Source of the DNA: Octopus vulgaris
Lineage: Eukaryota
DNA: 64,000 bases
Assembly (NCBI GenBank): GCA_951406725.2
Contig: OX597815.1
Location: 43,896,001-43,960,000, forward strand
Direction of reading: 5' to 3'
Part shown: positions 25,934 to 39,750 of the stretch, piece by piece
Layout of the letters: the number at the start of each line of letters is the position of its first letter
Position numbering within the stretch: position 1 is the first letter of the stretch
Position numbers and translations under genes: made by a program
Notes under the pieces: model-generated
The model's input: the letters and a program-made list of their open reading frames with translations, nothing else
Told to the model about the DNA's origin: nothing
Database searches by the model: none

Positions 25934-27800
25934 TTCAACATTTGGTAGTTTCTGGCAAATTTCTACTACATCACCTGCTACACCCCCGTGTTGCTAGGGT
26001 ATGTGCAGCATTGTGTGTGTGTGTCTTTTTCGTTGTGGGTGGATTGCAAACTCTTCCCGGTATTGCATTGCACCAGTTATGAGGTGTGTTGAAGTCTCTT
26101 ATTGTAGTAGTGTTTGTATCGTGTGTAATGCGAGTTGCATTCTTCTGTTGGGCTCGACTTGTACAATACCGGGAAGAGTTTGCACTCCCCCAACAATGAA
26201 AAACATACATGCATTGCTGCACACACCTTAACAACACGGAGGTGTAGCAGGTGATATGGTAGTTGTTTAATTTATTGGATATTTGCAATTTAGAATGTGT
26301 CATGTATTTGTGGCTTGTTCCGTTTGGGTTATATTGTTGAATTGATAGTGTCTTGCGTAGGATGTGGGTTGTTTCTAGCAGGGCTATTGCTTGGATAGTG
26401 TCTAGTATTGAGGGTCCAGGTATGACTTCTACGTTTGTGTCCATATGTATTTTATCATGCCCAATACGCCAAGTATTACTGGTATTGTTTTCACCCTAAG
26501 TCCCACATCTTGGATACTTCATTTCCAGGTCTTTGTAATATATAATTGCTCCACTTCTTTTGGGGCAATATTTTTGTCAGAAGTGACCGCAATGTCTATG
26601 AGTAAGCAGTTTTTTTTTAACTCCTTGATTATTATGTCTGGGAGTTTAGCATTATTTCTTTGTCAGTTTGAAATGGCATATCCTAGATGATTGTGGCCTG
26701 GCCGTTGTCATATATCTTGTTTGGCACATGTTTATACCATTTCTTGTCAGTTTTTATGTTGTAGTGTTGGCATATTGTCCAGTGAATATAACTACTTATT
26801 CGGTCATGTATGTATATATATTCACATTTGATACGGACTGGGCAGCCGGAGATGATGTGGTCAACTGCTTCATTGGGCTGCTCGCACATTCTGCAATTGG
26901 TGCTAGGGCTTGTTTCCATTATTTTGTTTTTATAGTTGTTTGTGGTCAGGCATTGCTCTTGTGCAACGAGAATTAGTCCTTCCGTTTCAGCTTTTAGTCC
27001 AGAGCTTTTTAGCCATTGTTGGCTCACTTCTCTGTCAAGCCTTGCAAGGTACTGGCCATGGAATGACTTTTCTCTCTATTTCTTCTTTAGTTAGTACGCT
27101 TTGTAGTTCTGTTTTTATGTTGCTTCTTTGTCTCTTTGACCATTCCTGCTATGTTGTCATTTAAGATCGGTGTATCAGTATAGCTTGTTTCTTTTTTGTA
27201 TTTTGTCGCCTCCATGCGTATATAGAAAGCGTTTTCTTTTTCATGTGTTACTTTATTACATGTGGTAGTCTTCCACATTTTGTTTCTAAGCACTTTTCTA
27301 GTCCAACTGTTGTTATTATATGGTAGCTCTTTATGAGTGTCAGGCCACGGCCTCTTTTTGAACGGGGTAGATATATTCTGTCTCCGACTGTTGTGGGGTG
27401 GTGACTTCGGTACGTTGTTAATAGTTTTCTGGTTTTCTATCTACATTTCTAAATTCATCTTCCAGTTTATTATGTTGAAGCTATAATCTATGACTGGTGT
27501 GGCTAGCGTGTTGATCCCTATTATCTTATTTTTAGCATCGAGTTCAGTGTTTAGTATTAGTCAATCTCTTCTATAATACCTTCCTAATTATCTCTTTTAT
27601 TGTTGTGTATTGTGTTATAGTTCTTTCGTCTATTCCTAGATATTTCTATGGGCAATTGTGCTCTAATTCTCCGATTTATGTGACTATGTAGAGTGCAGTG
27701 TTTTCAGTATTGATCAATTTGCCTCTTCTCAGTGCCACTTCGGCACATTTGTCCAGCCATATGCTCATCCCGATGTCCTTGCTCAAACTATGGACATATT
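25934..27800 (-). pseudogene. Second R4/Dong-clade LINE (RT C-terminal half, CCHC, RLE, 3' UTR), degenerate
   Basis: SQQWLKSSGLKAETEGLILVAQEQCL..CRMC..HIISGCP..HDRISSYIHWTIC..WYKHVP; IQAIALLETTHILRKTL; tail runs into (AAC)/(AAT)n. Confidence 0.9.
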
Positions 27801-27848
27801 TTTTTAAAGCTTTCTCTGCTATGTGGCATTTTTAGTGAAAATTTTAAA

Positions 27849-27972
<124 letters not shown>

Positions 27973-28190
27973 AGGCGACGTGCTGGCAGAAATGTTAGCA
28001 CGCTTGGCGAAATGGTTAGTGGTATTTCGTCTGTCTTCATATTCTGAGTTCAAATTCCGCCGAGGTTGACTTTGCCTTTTATCCTTTTGGGAACGTCAAA
28101 ATTAAGTACCAGTCGAGTACTGGGGTCGATTTAATCGACTATCCCCCTGCCCCAAATTTCAGGCCTTGTGCCTGTAGTAGAAAAGATTAT
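27973..28190 (+). mobile_element. SINE family B
   Basis: Colinear with the family B copies. Confidence 0.85.
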
Positions 28191-28196
28191 TATTAC

Positions 28197-28308
28197 ACCA
28201 GGTTCAGTCCCACTATGTGGTACCCTGGGCAAGTTTCTTCTACTATAGCGTCAGTCTAACCAAAGCCTTGTGAGTGGATTTGGTAGACAGAAACTGAAAG
28301 AAGCCCGT

Positions 28309-28342
<34 letters not shown>

Positions 28343-28578
28343 TGTATCTATGTGTGTGTGTCTTTGTGTCTGTGTTTGTCCCACGACCACTCCCAGGCAA
28401 CCGGTGTTAGTGTTTTTACGTCCCCCGTAATCTAGTGGTTTGGCAAAAGAGACTGATAGAATAAGTACTAGGCTTAATAAACAAGTCCTGCGGTCGATTT
28501 GTTCGACTAAAACCCTTCAAAGCAGTGCTCCAACCTGGCCGCAGTCAAATGACTGAAACAAGAAAAAGAATGAAAGAA
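28197..28578 (+). mobile_element. SINE family A, 5'-truncated
   Basis: Colinear with 10340-10716. Confidence 0.85.
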
Positions 28579-28744
28579 TATATAACTGAGTATCTGTCTG
28601 TCTGTCTGTATGTCTGTCTTTATGTATGTATTATGTATGTGTGTATGTATGTATGTATGTATGTATGTATGTATGTATGTATGTATCACTAAAACTCGAA
28701 AACTACCCAACGGATTTCATTCAAATACCATCACTCGAATTAGA

Positions 28745-29150
28745 GATAAGTTTGAAGGCGATGAAAATATTCAGAATGTCCACGATTAACGTTGCTGAAG
28801 ATCACGAACATCGACAACCCCAACAAAGTGAGAAGGAGTGCTGGAAACGTATCACCAAAGTCCAAGAAAATCTGAGTGTCAAGCGAGTCGTGAGGTAGGT
28901 ATTTCAAAATCGTCTGGCCAACGCATCTTGAATCGTTGTCGATGGAAAAGTTACGTTCCAAGATTTCTCCACGCTATTAATGACGATGATCCAGACCGAA
29001 GAGTACTGTATTGTGAGTGGTACTTGGCATGATGGGTAGAAGATGTACACTTTCCAACAAAGATGGAGAGGAGTGATGAGGTTACATTTGAATTAAATGG
29101 TTCAATTAACCGCCGCAATAGCACCAACTGGGAACCTGAGAATACTTATA
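28745..29150 (+). pseudogene. Tc1/mariner-superfamily transposase remnant (SP.KS.R..S / SDE..F.LNG.VN..N...W type)
   Basis: [59 protein letters not shown]. Confidence 0.75.
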
Positions 29151-29609
29151 ACTACACTTATAAAACGAGACATCAAACGTAGGATGATGCAATTGGCTTC
29201 CTCATATTGACGATGAATCATGGGCATAATACAAAGAAAGAAAAGGCGGGTTCACAGTATCACTTGCTTACGTATAAATAGTTCGACTAGGTCAATAAGT
29301 TTATATGGTTATGACCGTTGGGTTGATAATTTCGGGCGTTTCTGTTAAATTGAACAATCAAAACAAATGAAAACGAAAAAAGGTAGGGCGAATCTGGGCT
29401 AGTGTTACGCAAACTAAGTAGGGGTCTATGTACTGTACTGTACTGAACTGAGCGGGGTGTGGCACTTGTTTTTTTGAAGGTTACAGTTTTATACAAATTA
29501 GCTGACATAAAAGAATGTGATATGAAATAATTAAGAGTTATATTTTATTGTTAGCTCATAGCCAATTCATTGTTTTTAACACTGACTATTGCTTTATTTT
29601 TCATTTCTT

Positions 29610-30110
29610 TCCTTTATCTCCTGCCTATTTCAATCATTGGACTGCAGCCAGACTGGGGCACTGTGCAGAAGGGTTTTCGTCAAACAAATCAACACCAGTA
29701 GTTATAGATTTTCGTTTCTTTGATTTTTTAAAGTCTACTACTTATTCTACTGATCCCTTTTGTCGATCTGCTTAGTCATAAGGAACGTAAGCAAATCAAC
29801 ATCGATTGTCAAGCGGGGAGAGCGTGAGAATCACAGATACAAAGAGACACACTATTGCACACACATATATACCTGTATATTTATATCTATATCTATATCT
29901 ATGTGTGTGTGTGTGGATGTATGTGTGTGTGTGGATGTATGTATGTGTGTGTATGTATAGGCTTCCGTCTAGTTTCCGTCTATCAAATCCACTCACAAGG
30001 CTTTGGTAGACCCTTGTCTATAGTACGAAAGACTTGCACAATGTGCCATGCGGTGTGACTGAATATAAAATTATGTGATTGTAAAGCGGATTTCTTAACC
30101 ACAAAGCCAA
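29610..30110 (-). mobile_element. SINE family A, diverged
   Basis: Reverse-complement match to head and tail, with an internal microsatellite. Confidence 0.75.
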
Positions 30111-31042
30111 CCATGATAAACATAATTCAACTTAGATACTAGTAATTTCATACATTATTATTTGAACTTCCCAATAATATTTTACTGATCAGTTAACACG
30201 TTTTGGCACAAGCCAAAATGCAGGTAAAGCTAAGGAGCAAACAAAAGAAGAAAGGTTTCCTGCTGAAACTTCTTAAGAAAATCACAAAGAAGTATATCTA
30301 TATATCCTTGTTGCAGTTCGGTTTTGGATTATTTCGATGTGGAGCCCCTACCACAAAAGATTTAACACTAAAACATGTTTCATACAGTGGAGTTATTTCT
30401 GGAAAACAAGTTAGGTTGAAAACAGGTGTAGAAAACTATGAACTGGTTAGGTACAAACAATGACGTATGACGATTATTATCAACGACCTATCATATTTTC
30501 CTTTTTATTGCTGAACAGTACTGCACCCCACTGAATTCTGCACTTTTGACGCCCACCTAACTGACGCAATATCTGCCCTGATTAACCTTTTTTAATATTT
30601 GTTTTGATCGTTCATCGTTAGGGAAACGTCCGACTATTCATAAATTGTCGGCTAGATTATAGTCATACAGAAAATCATCAAAACAATATAGCATTGTGCT
30701 GACTTAAATTACCGTAAACCTGTCCAGTTGCACTACTGTTGAAGTGAAAATGTGCGACATATAATACGACATTGACTTCGGAAGTTTGCATTGCATGATT
30801 TTCTCAAAAGCTAATAAAAAGTGAGGACACCCCTCATTCTCGTACAAGAGGAAACTAGAAATGATGAAATTATATATTTAAGCTTAAAGGATGTGCATCT
30901 TTTTCTTTTGCTGTAAGGTGTTTGGCAGGGAAAAAATTAACACCATCCCTATAAGAAACATGTTCAAAAGACAGGAAAAACATTGAAACAATTCTTTTCT
31001 CACTTGAGATGTCTTATTGGTAACAAAACTTGTAATTCGTTA

Positions 31043-31563
31043 CCGTAAATCCTCGAGTATAGTCTGCCCTTGAGTATAATACGCAGGGTATTTTTAGGGG
31101 GCTGTAACTCTGAAAAACCTAAACCTTGTGTATAATACGCACTCCTTCTCTAACTTGAGTCAAGGAGGTCTATATAACGCCCTTGGTTTGTAAAAATGTA
31201 TACGGTAACGTCCTTTATTATTATTGTATATTAACATAATGCAAACGTGTAGATTTTTTGTGCATTTTATTTGCAGAAAATAAAGAAATAACACTAATAA
31301 CAGTAATAACGTTTAATAAATATTGCTTACTGCAAGTTATGGATGATTCTTTTATGACTTCATTGCTTTCAGGCCTAGCTTAAGGTATTTTCGCGCCCGA
31401 CATCACAAAATGCGTCTGAATAAACATTGCCGGACAGCAAATAGAGACTCGGACATTGCTCAGAAAATAATTTTCATTTTTAACCTCGTATATAGTACGC
31501 ACTAGGGATTTTGACCTTTAAATTTTGGGAAAAAAAGTGCGGATTATACATGAGGATTTACGG
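31043..31563. mobile_element. pogo/Tc2-type MITE
   Basis: TA TSD; TIRs CCGTAAATCCTCGAGTATAGTCTGC / GCGGATTATACATGAGGATTTACGG; internal gtata.tacgc subterminal repeats. Confidence 0.85.
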
Positions 31564-31924
31564 TATGTCTTAATTAGATCCATGGTAGGCAAAAGTCGCT
31601 ATGAAACAGTGCTAACAAAGAACTTTTTTTTTTTTTACAGTTCGTAGAATATCTAATTTTTGATCTTGTAATGTTTCAACATTTGTGCAAAATTAATGAT
31701 TTAAGAGTAATTGTTTAGAACTTAAGAAAAATATCCATAATGGCTTTGTGAAGTTTCTCGCAGATGTTCGTCATAAATCAGCACGTTTTAACACGTGTGA
31801 GCTCAATCAAATACTATCAAATAAGTGTTAGTTATACCGAGCAAATGACAAGAATCGTACGTTCTATTAAGGCAATAAAGCCATCAGATAACGAGATGTT
31901 TGGAACTGAAGTTGACGTATCTTT

Positions 31925-32120
31925 TCTTTTATTTGTTTCAGTCATTAGACTGCAGCCAAGCTGGGGAACAGCTTTGAAGAACTTTTAGTTGAATGAAACG
32001 ACCCAGGTATTTATTTTTATCCTATCAGGGTCTTTTGTCGAACTGCTAAGTTACAGGAACGTAAGCACCACGATACCAGTTGTCAAGCACTGTGGAGAAG
32101 AGGGCGACCAATACATACAC
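31925..32120 (-). mobile_element. SINE family A, 3' part
   Basis: tgtttcagtcattagactgcagcc...cttttgtcgaactgctaagttac. Confidence 0.7.
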
Positions 32121-32341
32121 ATTTAATATAAATGCAAGACTGAATATGTGTGTGTGTGTGTGTGCGTGTGTGTGTATGTGTGTATATTATGCAAACACAC
32201 AGTTGCATAATCAAGTACCTGTATTCTTGGAGAACTCGTTGCGTCGAAACAATTGTAGCGAATAATAAATAAATGTCCAACCGTAATCCTTCTTCCTGAC
32301 TCCAATTTCTTCAATTATATATATATATATATATATATATA

Positions 32342-33095
32342 CGCTGGGGTACCCAAAAGAAACCGGAATTTTGCAATGTTATCTTATTCACTTAGTTTTA
32401 CATGTTTACTTTTATCGCCTTCAAAGTATTCTCCATTTGAAGCAATGCATCGGTCCAGACACTTTTTCCACTGTTAGAAGCAGTGTTGGAACTCTTGTGA
32501 AGTGATTCCTTTTAACGCTTCCGAAATACTTTTTCTTCACCTCTTCCACATCTGCAAATTCCGTAGCACCACCTTTAGTCACCAGTGATGACTTTCTAAA
32601 AAAGGTAAGGATCAACTTCCATCTGTCTTTACAGTTCATGACACTTTTTTTAGCCGTAACTGCTTTTGATCTTCCGTGAGCAAGCGAGGCACAAATTTTG
32701 CTCAACTCTTTTCTTTCGCAATTCCTCGCTGAAAAATCGTTGGGTGGAGCTCCAGGACACACCAGTTATATCAACAAGTACGTCAATTGTTCTGTGACGG
32801 TCCTCCAAGATCAGTCCATGAATTTTCATGATGTTTTCATTCGTTCGGGTGGTCGACGGTCGTCCTGAATTAGGTTGGTCTTCAAGCGACAAATAATCAT
32901 TCATAAAACGTATGTTTTGCTCATGGCAACGTCTTTGTAAGGTGTGTAAAGCGTGACAACTATTTTGACCGCCTTAATCCTCAGCAGAAAATAGAATTTT
33001 ACGGAGGCACGCTGTTCCTTCGTTTCAGCCATCGCAAAACTCGAAAAACAGGGAAGATGCACTGCAAAACAAAGCCGCTCCACGTGGCAGTATGA
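32342..33095 (-). mobile_element. Internally deleted mariner, same family as 8569-10936
   Basis: TIR ggtacccaaaagaaaccggaattttgcaat; MAETKEQRASVKF..; LEDQPNSGRPSTTRT. Confidence 0.85.
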
Positions 33096-34577
33096 CCTCA
33101 ATGGACAACGCCAGTGAGCAGACGGTCGAAATGCCGTTAAGCATTTTGCCCGGCGTGCTAAAGATTTTTCCAGCTCTCCGCCCGACGCGAGATTTAAATA
33201 TTGATAACAAAAAAGACCTATGTCGCAATATACACACGCACATAAACATAAACGTATATACATGCGCACAAGCAATTAAGCACTCATTCATATACGCATA
33301 CATTTACAGATAAATCGCTGTCTACCCTAACCGCTTTCAATCTTCACTGCCCATAATCATATCATCACTGCTTTCTTCAATAATCTCCATTCTGCCTTCT
33401 CACATACACACTTTCTTTACTGTACTTACTCCCTTGGCTAATATTGCAACCCTCTCCCTTTCTTTATTCCTAATATATATTTATTTCCCTTCATCTTACT
33501 CCTTCATACCTTTCTTTCTCTCATATCTTATCCCTTTTCCATTTAAGCATATATTCATCTTTCTTTTTATGTATCTATTCACGAAGTACATCTGCCATTT
33601 CCAGAGTGCATCAGTGGTAGTCACCTCCATAATACTACGTAAGCACATTAAATTTGATAGATCAAAGGCTTCAAGACATGCACCCCGGAGCTCTTTAATA
33701 ACAAGCTTAAATCGTCGCTCTCGGCAAGTCGTTTAAGTTAGCCCGATAATTGCTTTTACTCCAGCCGTCGCCGTGTTCATTAATTCATTAATCGACATTT
33801 CGTATCAACAGTTGGCAATACATACATACATACATACATACATACATACACAAACACACATACACACACACGTGCGCACACACACACACACATATAGCGT
33901 CCAGGAGGCTTTAATGCTTCTACACTTACTGTCCCAATTAATTTTAAAATTCTCCTTCACTTCTTCCTCCTCCTCCTCCTCCTCCTCCTCCTCATCATCA
34001 TCATCATCATAACCACCACCACCGCCACCATCATCGTCATCCTCCTCCTCCTCCTCCTCCTCATCATCATCATCGAGTGAAAAGGTTATTGGGTAGGACT
34101 TTCGGCTCGGACTATGGATAACTTTTAATATCCCTGGTCAGGATTATTAGCAGGGCAAATTGCCGGTTCGTGATAACATCATTAACCGTATCAGTCGGAT
34201 AACTACGCAAGGTAGTGAAATCACTTTTGGACGTACTTGTGGAGTTTATCTCTAACTGATGTTGTCGCGTGTCGGACCGATTTGGTTATCAACCGATTCC
34301 ACTGAGGGGATCGCATGGTCCTGAGGTGCCTCAGGACCAACTAAAAATGAGATAGAATATCCATGGGAAACGGTATCGATTTTACAGTTATAGCCGGTGT
34401 TCTTTTTATAATTTTCAATACCATAAGACAAGATCGAAGCCCATTCAAATATATCATCTCCACCTTTCACCCGGCGGTTGTTTTTTTTACAATAGGACAA
34501 ATTTATATTATTTAATCTCAACCGAAGCAATTTGTAGAATTGTAGAATTATTTGTATTATTTTACTTGCTCTGCCTA

Positions 34578-35025
34578 AGGTGAAGAGCTGACAAAGTCGT
34601 TACTCTACTTGACAAAATATTTAACGGCATTTCTTCCGAATTCTTCTGAATTCAAATGCTGTCGAGGTCAGCTTCGCCTTTCATCCTTTCCGGGTCAATA
34701 AAATAATAACCAGTCTAGTATTGGGGTCAATGTAGTCGGCTGTTACAAACCTTTAAATTTCAGGCCTTATGCTTACAATAAAAAGGCTTATACTGTTCTG
34801 TATAAGGCGACAGACTGGGTGAGTCGTTGCCGCTCTGGACAGAATTTTTAACAGCATTTCTTCCGGCTCTTTACACCCTGAGTTCAAAAATCCACTGAGT
34901 TCGATTTTCCTTTCATCCTTTCGGTGTAAATAAAATAAGAATTTATCAAGTACTGGGGTTGATGTAATTAACTCGCCTCCTCATCTAAAAAAAAATTGCC
35001 TGCTTTGTACCAAAATTAGAAAAGT
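34578..35025 (+). mobile_element. Two head-to-tail SINE family B copies
   Basis: Units start at about 34578 and 34804. Confidence 0.8.
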
Positions 35026-35825
35026 ATTTTACTGTACTGTTTGCTATAAAGACTATTACAATTTAAGTGGTGTATTTCGTTGAGTGGTATGCTGTGTGAT
35101 TAGTGTGCTATGTTTTGTTTTAGTGTTGGGCGATGAATCTATAGAATATACACTATAACACAGCACATAAATATGTAGCAACTGTAGAGAATGAAAATTA
35201 CGTGAGATATCATAGCGACATCTATCGATTGTGTATAGGTACATGTTGTGTGAATTTATTGGGAAATTGTTGTGCAGAATATGTATTATTTATATAATTT
35301 GTTTGTGATTCTGTAGATTAATCACTGCGAGTAATGTTATTTTATTAGTGGTGATTATGTAACGCATGTTTTGTGTTATATTATTTGGTTGTGATTTCGT
35401 GATTTATGTTTTGTCTGCGCTGTAATAGTTTTTAATGGTCATTATGGAGTGTATGTGTGATTATATTAATTGGTGAGGATCCCACTGTAACTCAACTCTT
35501 AAGTTGGATCATTAGTGTAACACTGACATTCTGGTCATCTAATGAGCTAACTTTCTTTATCTGTATTGATTTGTAAATGTACAATATTGTATAATGCATA
35601 GCATGCACATTAGTGCAGACATGTAAACATACTTTATTATACCCTGAAATTATTATTACGCGCAGAAGGCTGCGAAACGGCCGTAATCCTAAGGATGATA
35701 AGTGGTTAAATAAATATATTCACCGCCCATACCACCTGAGTTTTTGTGGTACATCGACCCCAGTATTCAACCAGTACTTATTTTATCGAAACCGAAAGGA
35801 TGAAAAGCAAAGACGACATCGGCTG

Positions 35826-36270
35826 CAGCAAATATTCTGCTCAATACCACAGATTTGATTGTCAGTTGTTTGACCTTGACCAGTTGAGCATGTCCCATAG
35901 TGGCTCATCCCTGATCACAAGCAGACGTAATAGGGGAGTATCATAACTACGTGTTGAGAGGAAATCTTTGGGGTTTGGATAATTCAACTTTGGAAATATG
36001 GGTGTTTCGTTCAACATCCTTAAACAACCTTTATTCAAGGACCATTTGAGCGAGATGAGCTACTCGACCTGAAGAAAATTCTAAATGAGCCCCACCTGCA
36101 AGGTCATGCACTGTTTATCTTGATATGAAATCACCATATCGCGCACATATGGTTGTGATGCATGTCCCTGGTGTATCTTTATCAGACGGGTAGTCATGAT
36201 GGTTATACCGAGTTTCGTATATTTTACCCCAGTGTCACTCTGATGGCATGCACTGTTCTTTCACTTAGTA
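35826..36270 (+). mobile_element. Partial copy of the 560-bp (TAA)n-associated non-coding element
   Basis: Reverse complement of 43826-44282, followed by ataataata. Confidence 0.85.
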
Positions 36271-36279
36271 ATAATAATA

Positions 36280-36660
36280 TATCTGAATCCTCAACACTAC
36301 GCACTATCCAGAGAATAGCCCTGCTAATAACGGCCCATATCCTACGCAGGACACTGACCGAAACAAAGCAGCCTACAAACACAAGACACTCTATACAGTA
36401 ATTACCCAGTGAAGTAAACTTCAACAAGGAAGTTAGATAACTAATACATTACACACTGAAAACGCAAAACAAGCAGTAACACAACAAAAGACTGTACCTC
36501 ACCTCAAGAGGGAATAAAACTAACTCAATACAGTACCGGGAAATGTTTGCACACACCCAACACCAGAAAAGAACAAACAATGCTGCACTCACCCCAGCAA
36601 CACGGAGGTGTAGTAGGTGATGCAGTAGAAATTTACCTCAACCTACCAAATGTTGAACAG
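36280..36660 (+). pseudogene. R4/Dong LINE extreme 3' end and 3' UTR
   Basis: STLRTIQRIALLITAHILRRTL; 3' UTR matches 25934-26066 (minus); followed by (TAA)n. Confidence 0.8.
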
Positions 36661-36666
36661 TTATAT

Positions 36667-36729
<63 letters not shown>

Positions 36730-36730
<1 letters not shown>

Positions 36731-36942
36731 TTTTCAAATTTTGCCACAAGGGCAGCAATTTTTGGGAAGGGGATGAGTTGATTACATTGACCCCAATGTT
36801 CAATTGGTACTTATTTTATTGACACCGAAAAGATGAAAGGTAAAGTTAACCTCGGCAGGATTTGAACTCAGAACGTAGCGAAGGACGAAATATCGCTTAG
36901 CATTTGGTTCGGCGCGCTAACGATTCAGCCAGGTTGCTGCTC
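36730..36942 (-). mobile_element. SINE family B within (AAT)n
   Basis: Reverse complement of the consensus, with (AAT)n on both sides. Confidence 0.85.
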
Positions 36943-36962
36943 CAATAATAATAATAATAATG

Positions 36963-37053
<91 letters not shown>

Positions 37054-39573
37054 GATTAAAACAAGATAGACCTAAAAGCATGAGAAAGAGAAAGTGAAAA
37101 TTTAGGAAGGAAAAGAAGAGCGAAAATACAAATTCAACTGACAACAAAAGTTCCACCACCACCAACAACTACAACAACACTTCTTTTGCTAGCAAGAAAA
37201 ATATATAGTAGGTATGGATTAACTCCAAGCAAAAGAATGAGCATAGAAAAAGTGTGTTGAATAAGAGAAGGTCTCTTTTCCTTAGGAATTGATCTTGACA
37301 GAAGAGGAAGGTGACTGAATACATGCATTTTCCAAAGAAGGGAGGAAATTGTCCATAAAACCCTCGAAGAAGGATTTCATGAAAATCCTGGTCGAAGAGT
37401 AGGGAGCAAGGAATACAGAATGCATCTCTTCCTTAAGACCAAAAACCAAGTGTGTGTTGCGCGTTGTACATCTACGTATTGGAACTTCAGTATAAGAGAA
37501 AAAAAAACAACCTGAGAATCATGGCCAGAGATATTGATACCAGTGTTAACTTTAGGTTGTTGTTACCTTTGCAGCTCAGAACAGGTAGGCAGTAAGTAAG
37601 AAGATGGGAGTCTATATGGATATCCTGATCTTGATGATAGGCGAAGCGTATAAGTATAATCATAAGTATACTTCACTGAGGAGGCAGGGAAGGTGAGTAT
37701 GGATTATGGTGGCCCCTGAACGCCATAGGCTTTTCGCTATATACACGAAAGTAGATCACACCAGGGCACGTGGTGAAGCATTTATACACACATATTAAAC
37801 GGATCAGATTCGTTATATAAGCATATATACATACATACATACATACATACATACATACATACATACATACATACATACATACATACATACATACGTACGT
37901 ACGATGTATGTATGCATGTACGTATTTATGTGCATGTATGCATCTGTGTATGTATATAAATATATATGGAATAAAATTTTAAGCATACGTGAATATAAAT
38001 ATCTTTATATAATTATAATACATGTGTACATGTATATTTTATTTAATTTTACTTTAATCATCAGAGGAAAATCAACGCTGCTGACATAAATAAGCTTCTA
38101 CAGACTTGTTAGATCGTTGTGGTTGTCAATTCGAATAACCGAAACATGAGCCAGGGAAGAACTTGAGATTTTTGTTTCTGTGGCGGTGATGATTCGGCAA
38201 GTTTTACAGTCCTGGGTTGAGAGAAAGAGTAGAAATGTCGATAAACAGAAATATGAATGCATCAGCTGTACAGAAATCGAGGTAGTATGCAGCCTAATTA
38301 TTTCAAGAAATATAATCAATCGTATCAGGAGATCGAACTAGTGGTTGTTGAATATGGACATCGTTTGGATACGATCGAGGAGTGTCGTGTGTGTTTGTGC
38401 GTGCGCATGTATGTATGTGTGTATGTATGCATATGCATGTGAGTGTGTGCGCTTGTGTCCAAGGTATGACTTTTACGTGCGTGCATGCGTTAATGCACTG
38501 CGTATGACTTTAAACCTCATCTGGTATCTGGGTCCTGGTTCGGAAGTTCAAGACTTATGGGGAACTTGGAATCACCTATCCTCACTCCCTTGACTGTTCC
38601 TAGCTCTATTCTGTCCCGAAGCATGGCCCGAAGCAGTAGCACCTGTCAGAGTTTCAATCATGGGTTAATTAGCTTATTAGGGCTTGCCGAGATATACAAG
38701 CGAAGACTAAATCCGGCGGATTATGCAGAAGTTACCGTGATGGTTGAACGGAGGGGAAGGTAGCTGCAGTAACGCATTGTGGAGTGCAGAGGGCAAGATG
38801 AGGTAAGTGAGACTCATCCATTGCATCTGTCTCTTTCTCTAGTCGTCTTGATCTGGTCTTACCATTCGACCGAAGATGGTCTTGGGCAAGAAAGTGAGGG
38901 TGACGTTGTGCAACTCACCGCGCAACTTAACAGTCATCCTTTAAGACGACTAGATGGCCTTCGTGGCTCCGACAGACGGACATAGATACCGTTGTGTAGT
39001 AAAATCACTCTCCCAAATATATGAGCAGTACTCGAATTCAGGTTTGGAACACATACGATAGTCAAAATTTGATCACAGCTGTTCTACTATCATGCTCCCT
39101 AGTGGAATTTTTAATGATGCGATTTTGTCAATGAATGATTAAAAATAATTGAAAGTTGCTGTCAAATCCTTAGAAGGTTTTGAATGAGCAGAAGTACCGA
39201 AAGTCGGAAATAAAAGTGCCTATAGGAATATATTGGAGACATAACCGATCTTTAGTCGTAAACCATAATTTACAGAAAGACGCGAAAAGCGTGCTTTTTC
39301 GTTTCCTATGTCACACTGGAAACTACCATGTTTAGGATGCCACTATTTGTGAAAGAAGAAAATGAGATAGTAATAATGTGGTGTATGTCGGAACATGACG
39401 TTTTTATTGTCTTCTATTTATTGCCCACAAAAGTTGTATTCACAAATACATACCACACTTCTCACATATATACTCTTTCACAGGCACAAACACACACATA
39501 CACACACACAGACACCCACATACGCACAAATATATATGTGTATATATATGTATATATATATATATATACATTT

Positions 39574-39692
<119 letters not shown>

Positions 39693-39750
39693 TATATATG
39701 CATATATACACACGTATATGTACATACTTACATCTATAGGTATATATATA

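Noticed and set aside
28579-28735. Helitron-like 5' region ((TCTG)n then aactcgaaaactacccaacggatttcattcaaa); similar feel at 46600-46710
   Set aside because: No 3' hairpin/CTAG or definable ends, so not called.
30203-30463. 86-aa ORF with possible splice signals (cag|gtaaag, ttgcag|)
   Set aside because: No recognisable domain or partner exons; such signals occur by chance in AT-rich DNA.
38520-38990. GC-richer block with a strong donor-like AG|GTAAGT at about 38802
   Set aside because: No supported acceptor or reading frame; more likely a decayed repeat. Needs RNA-seq to revisit.
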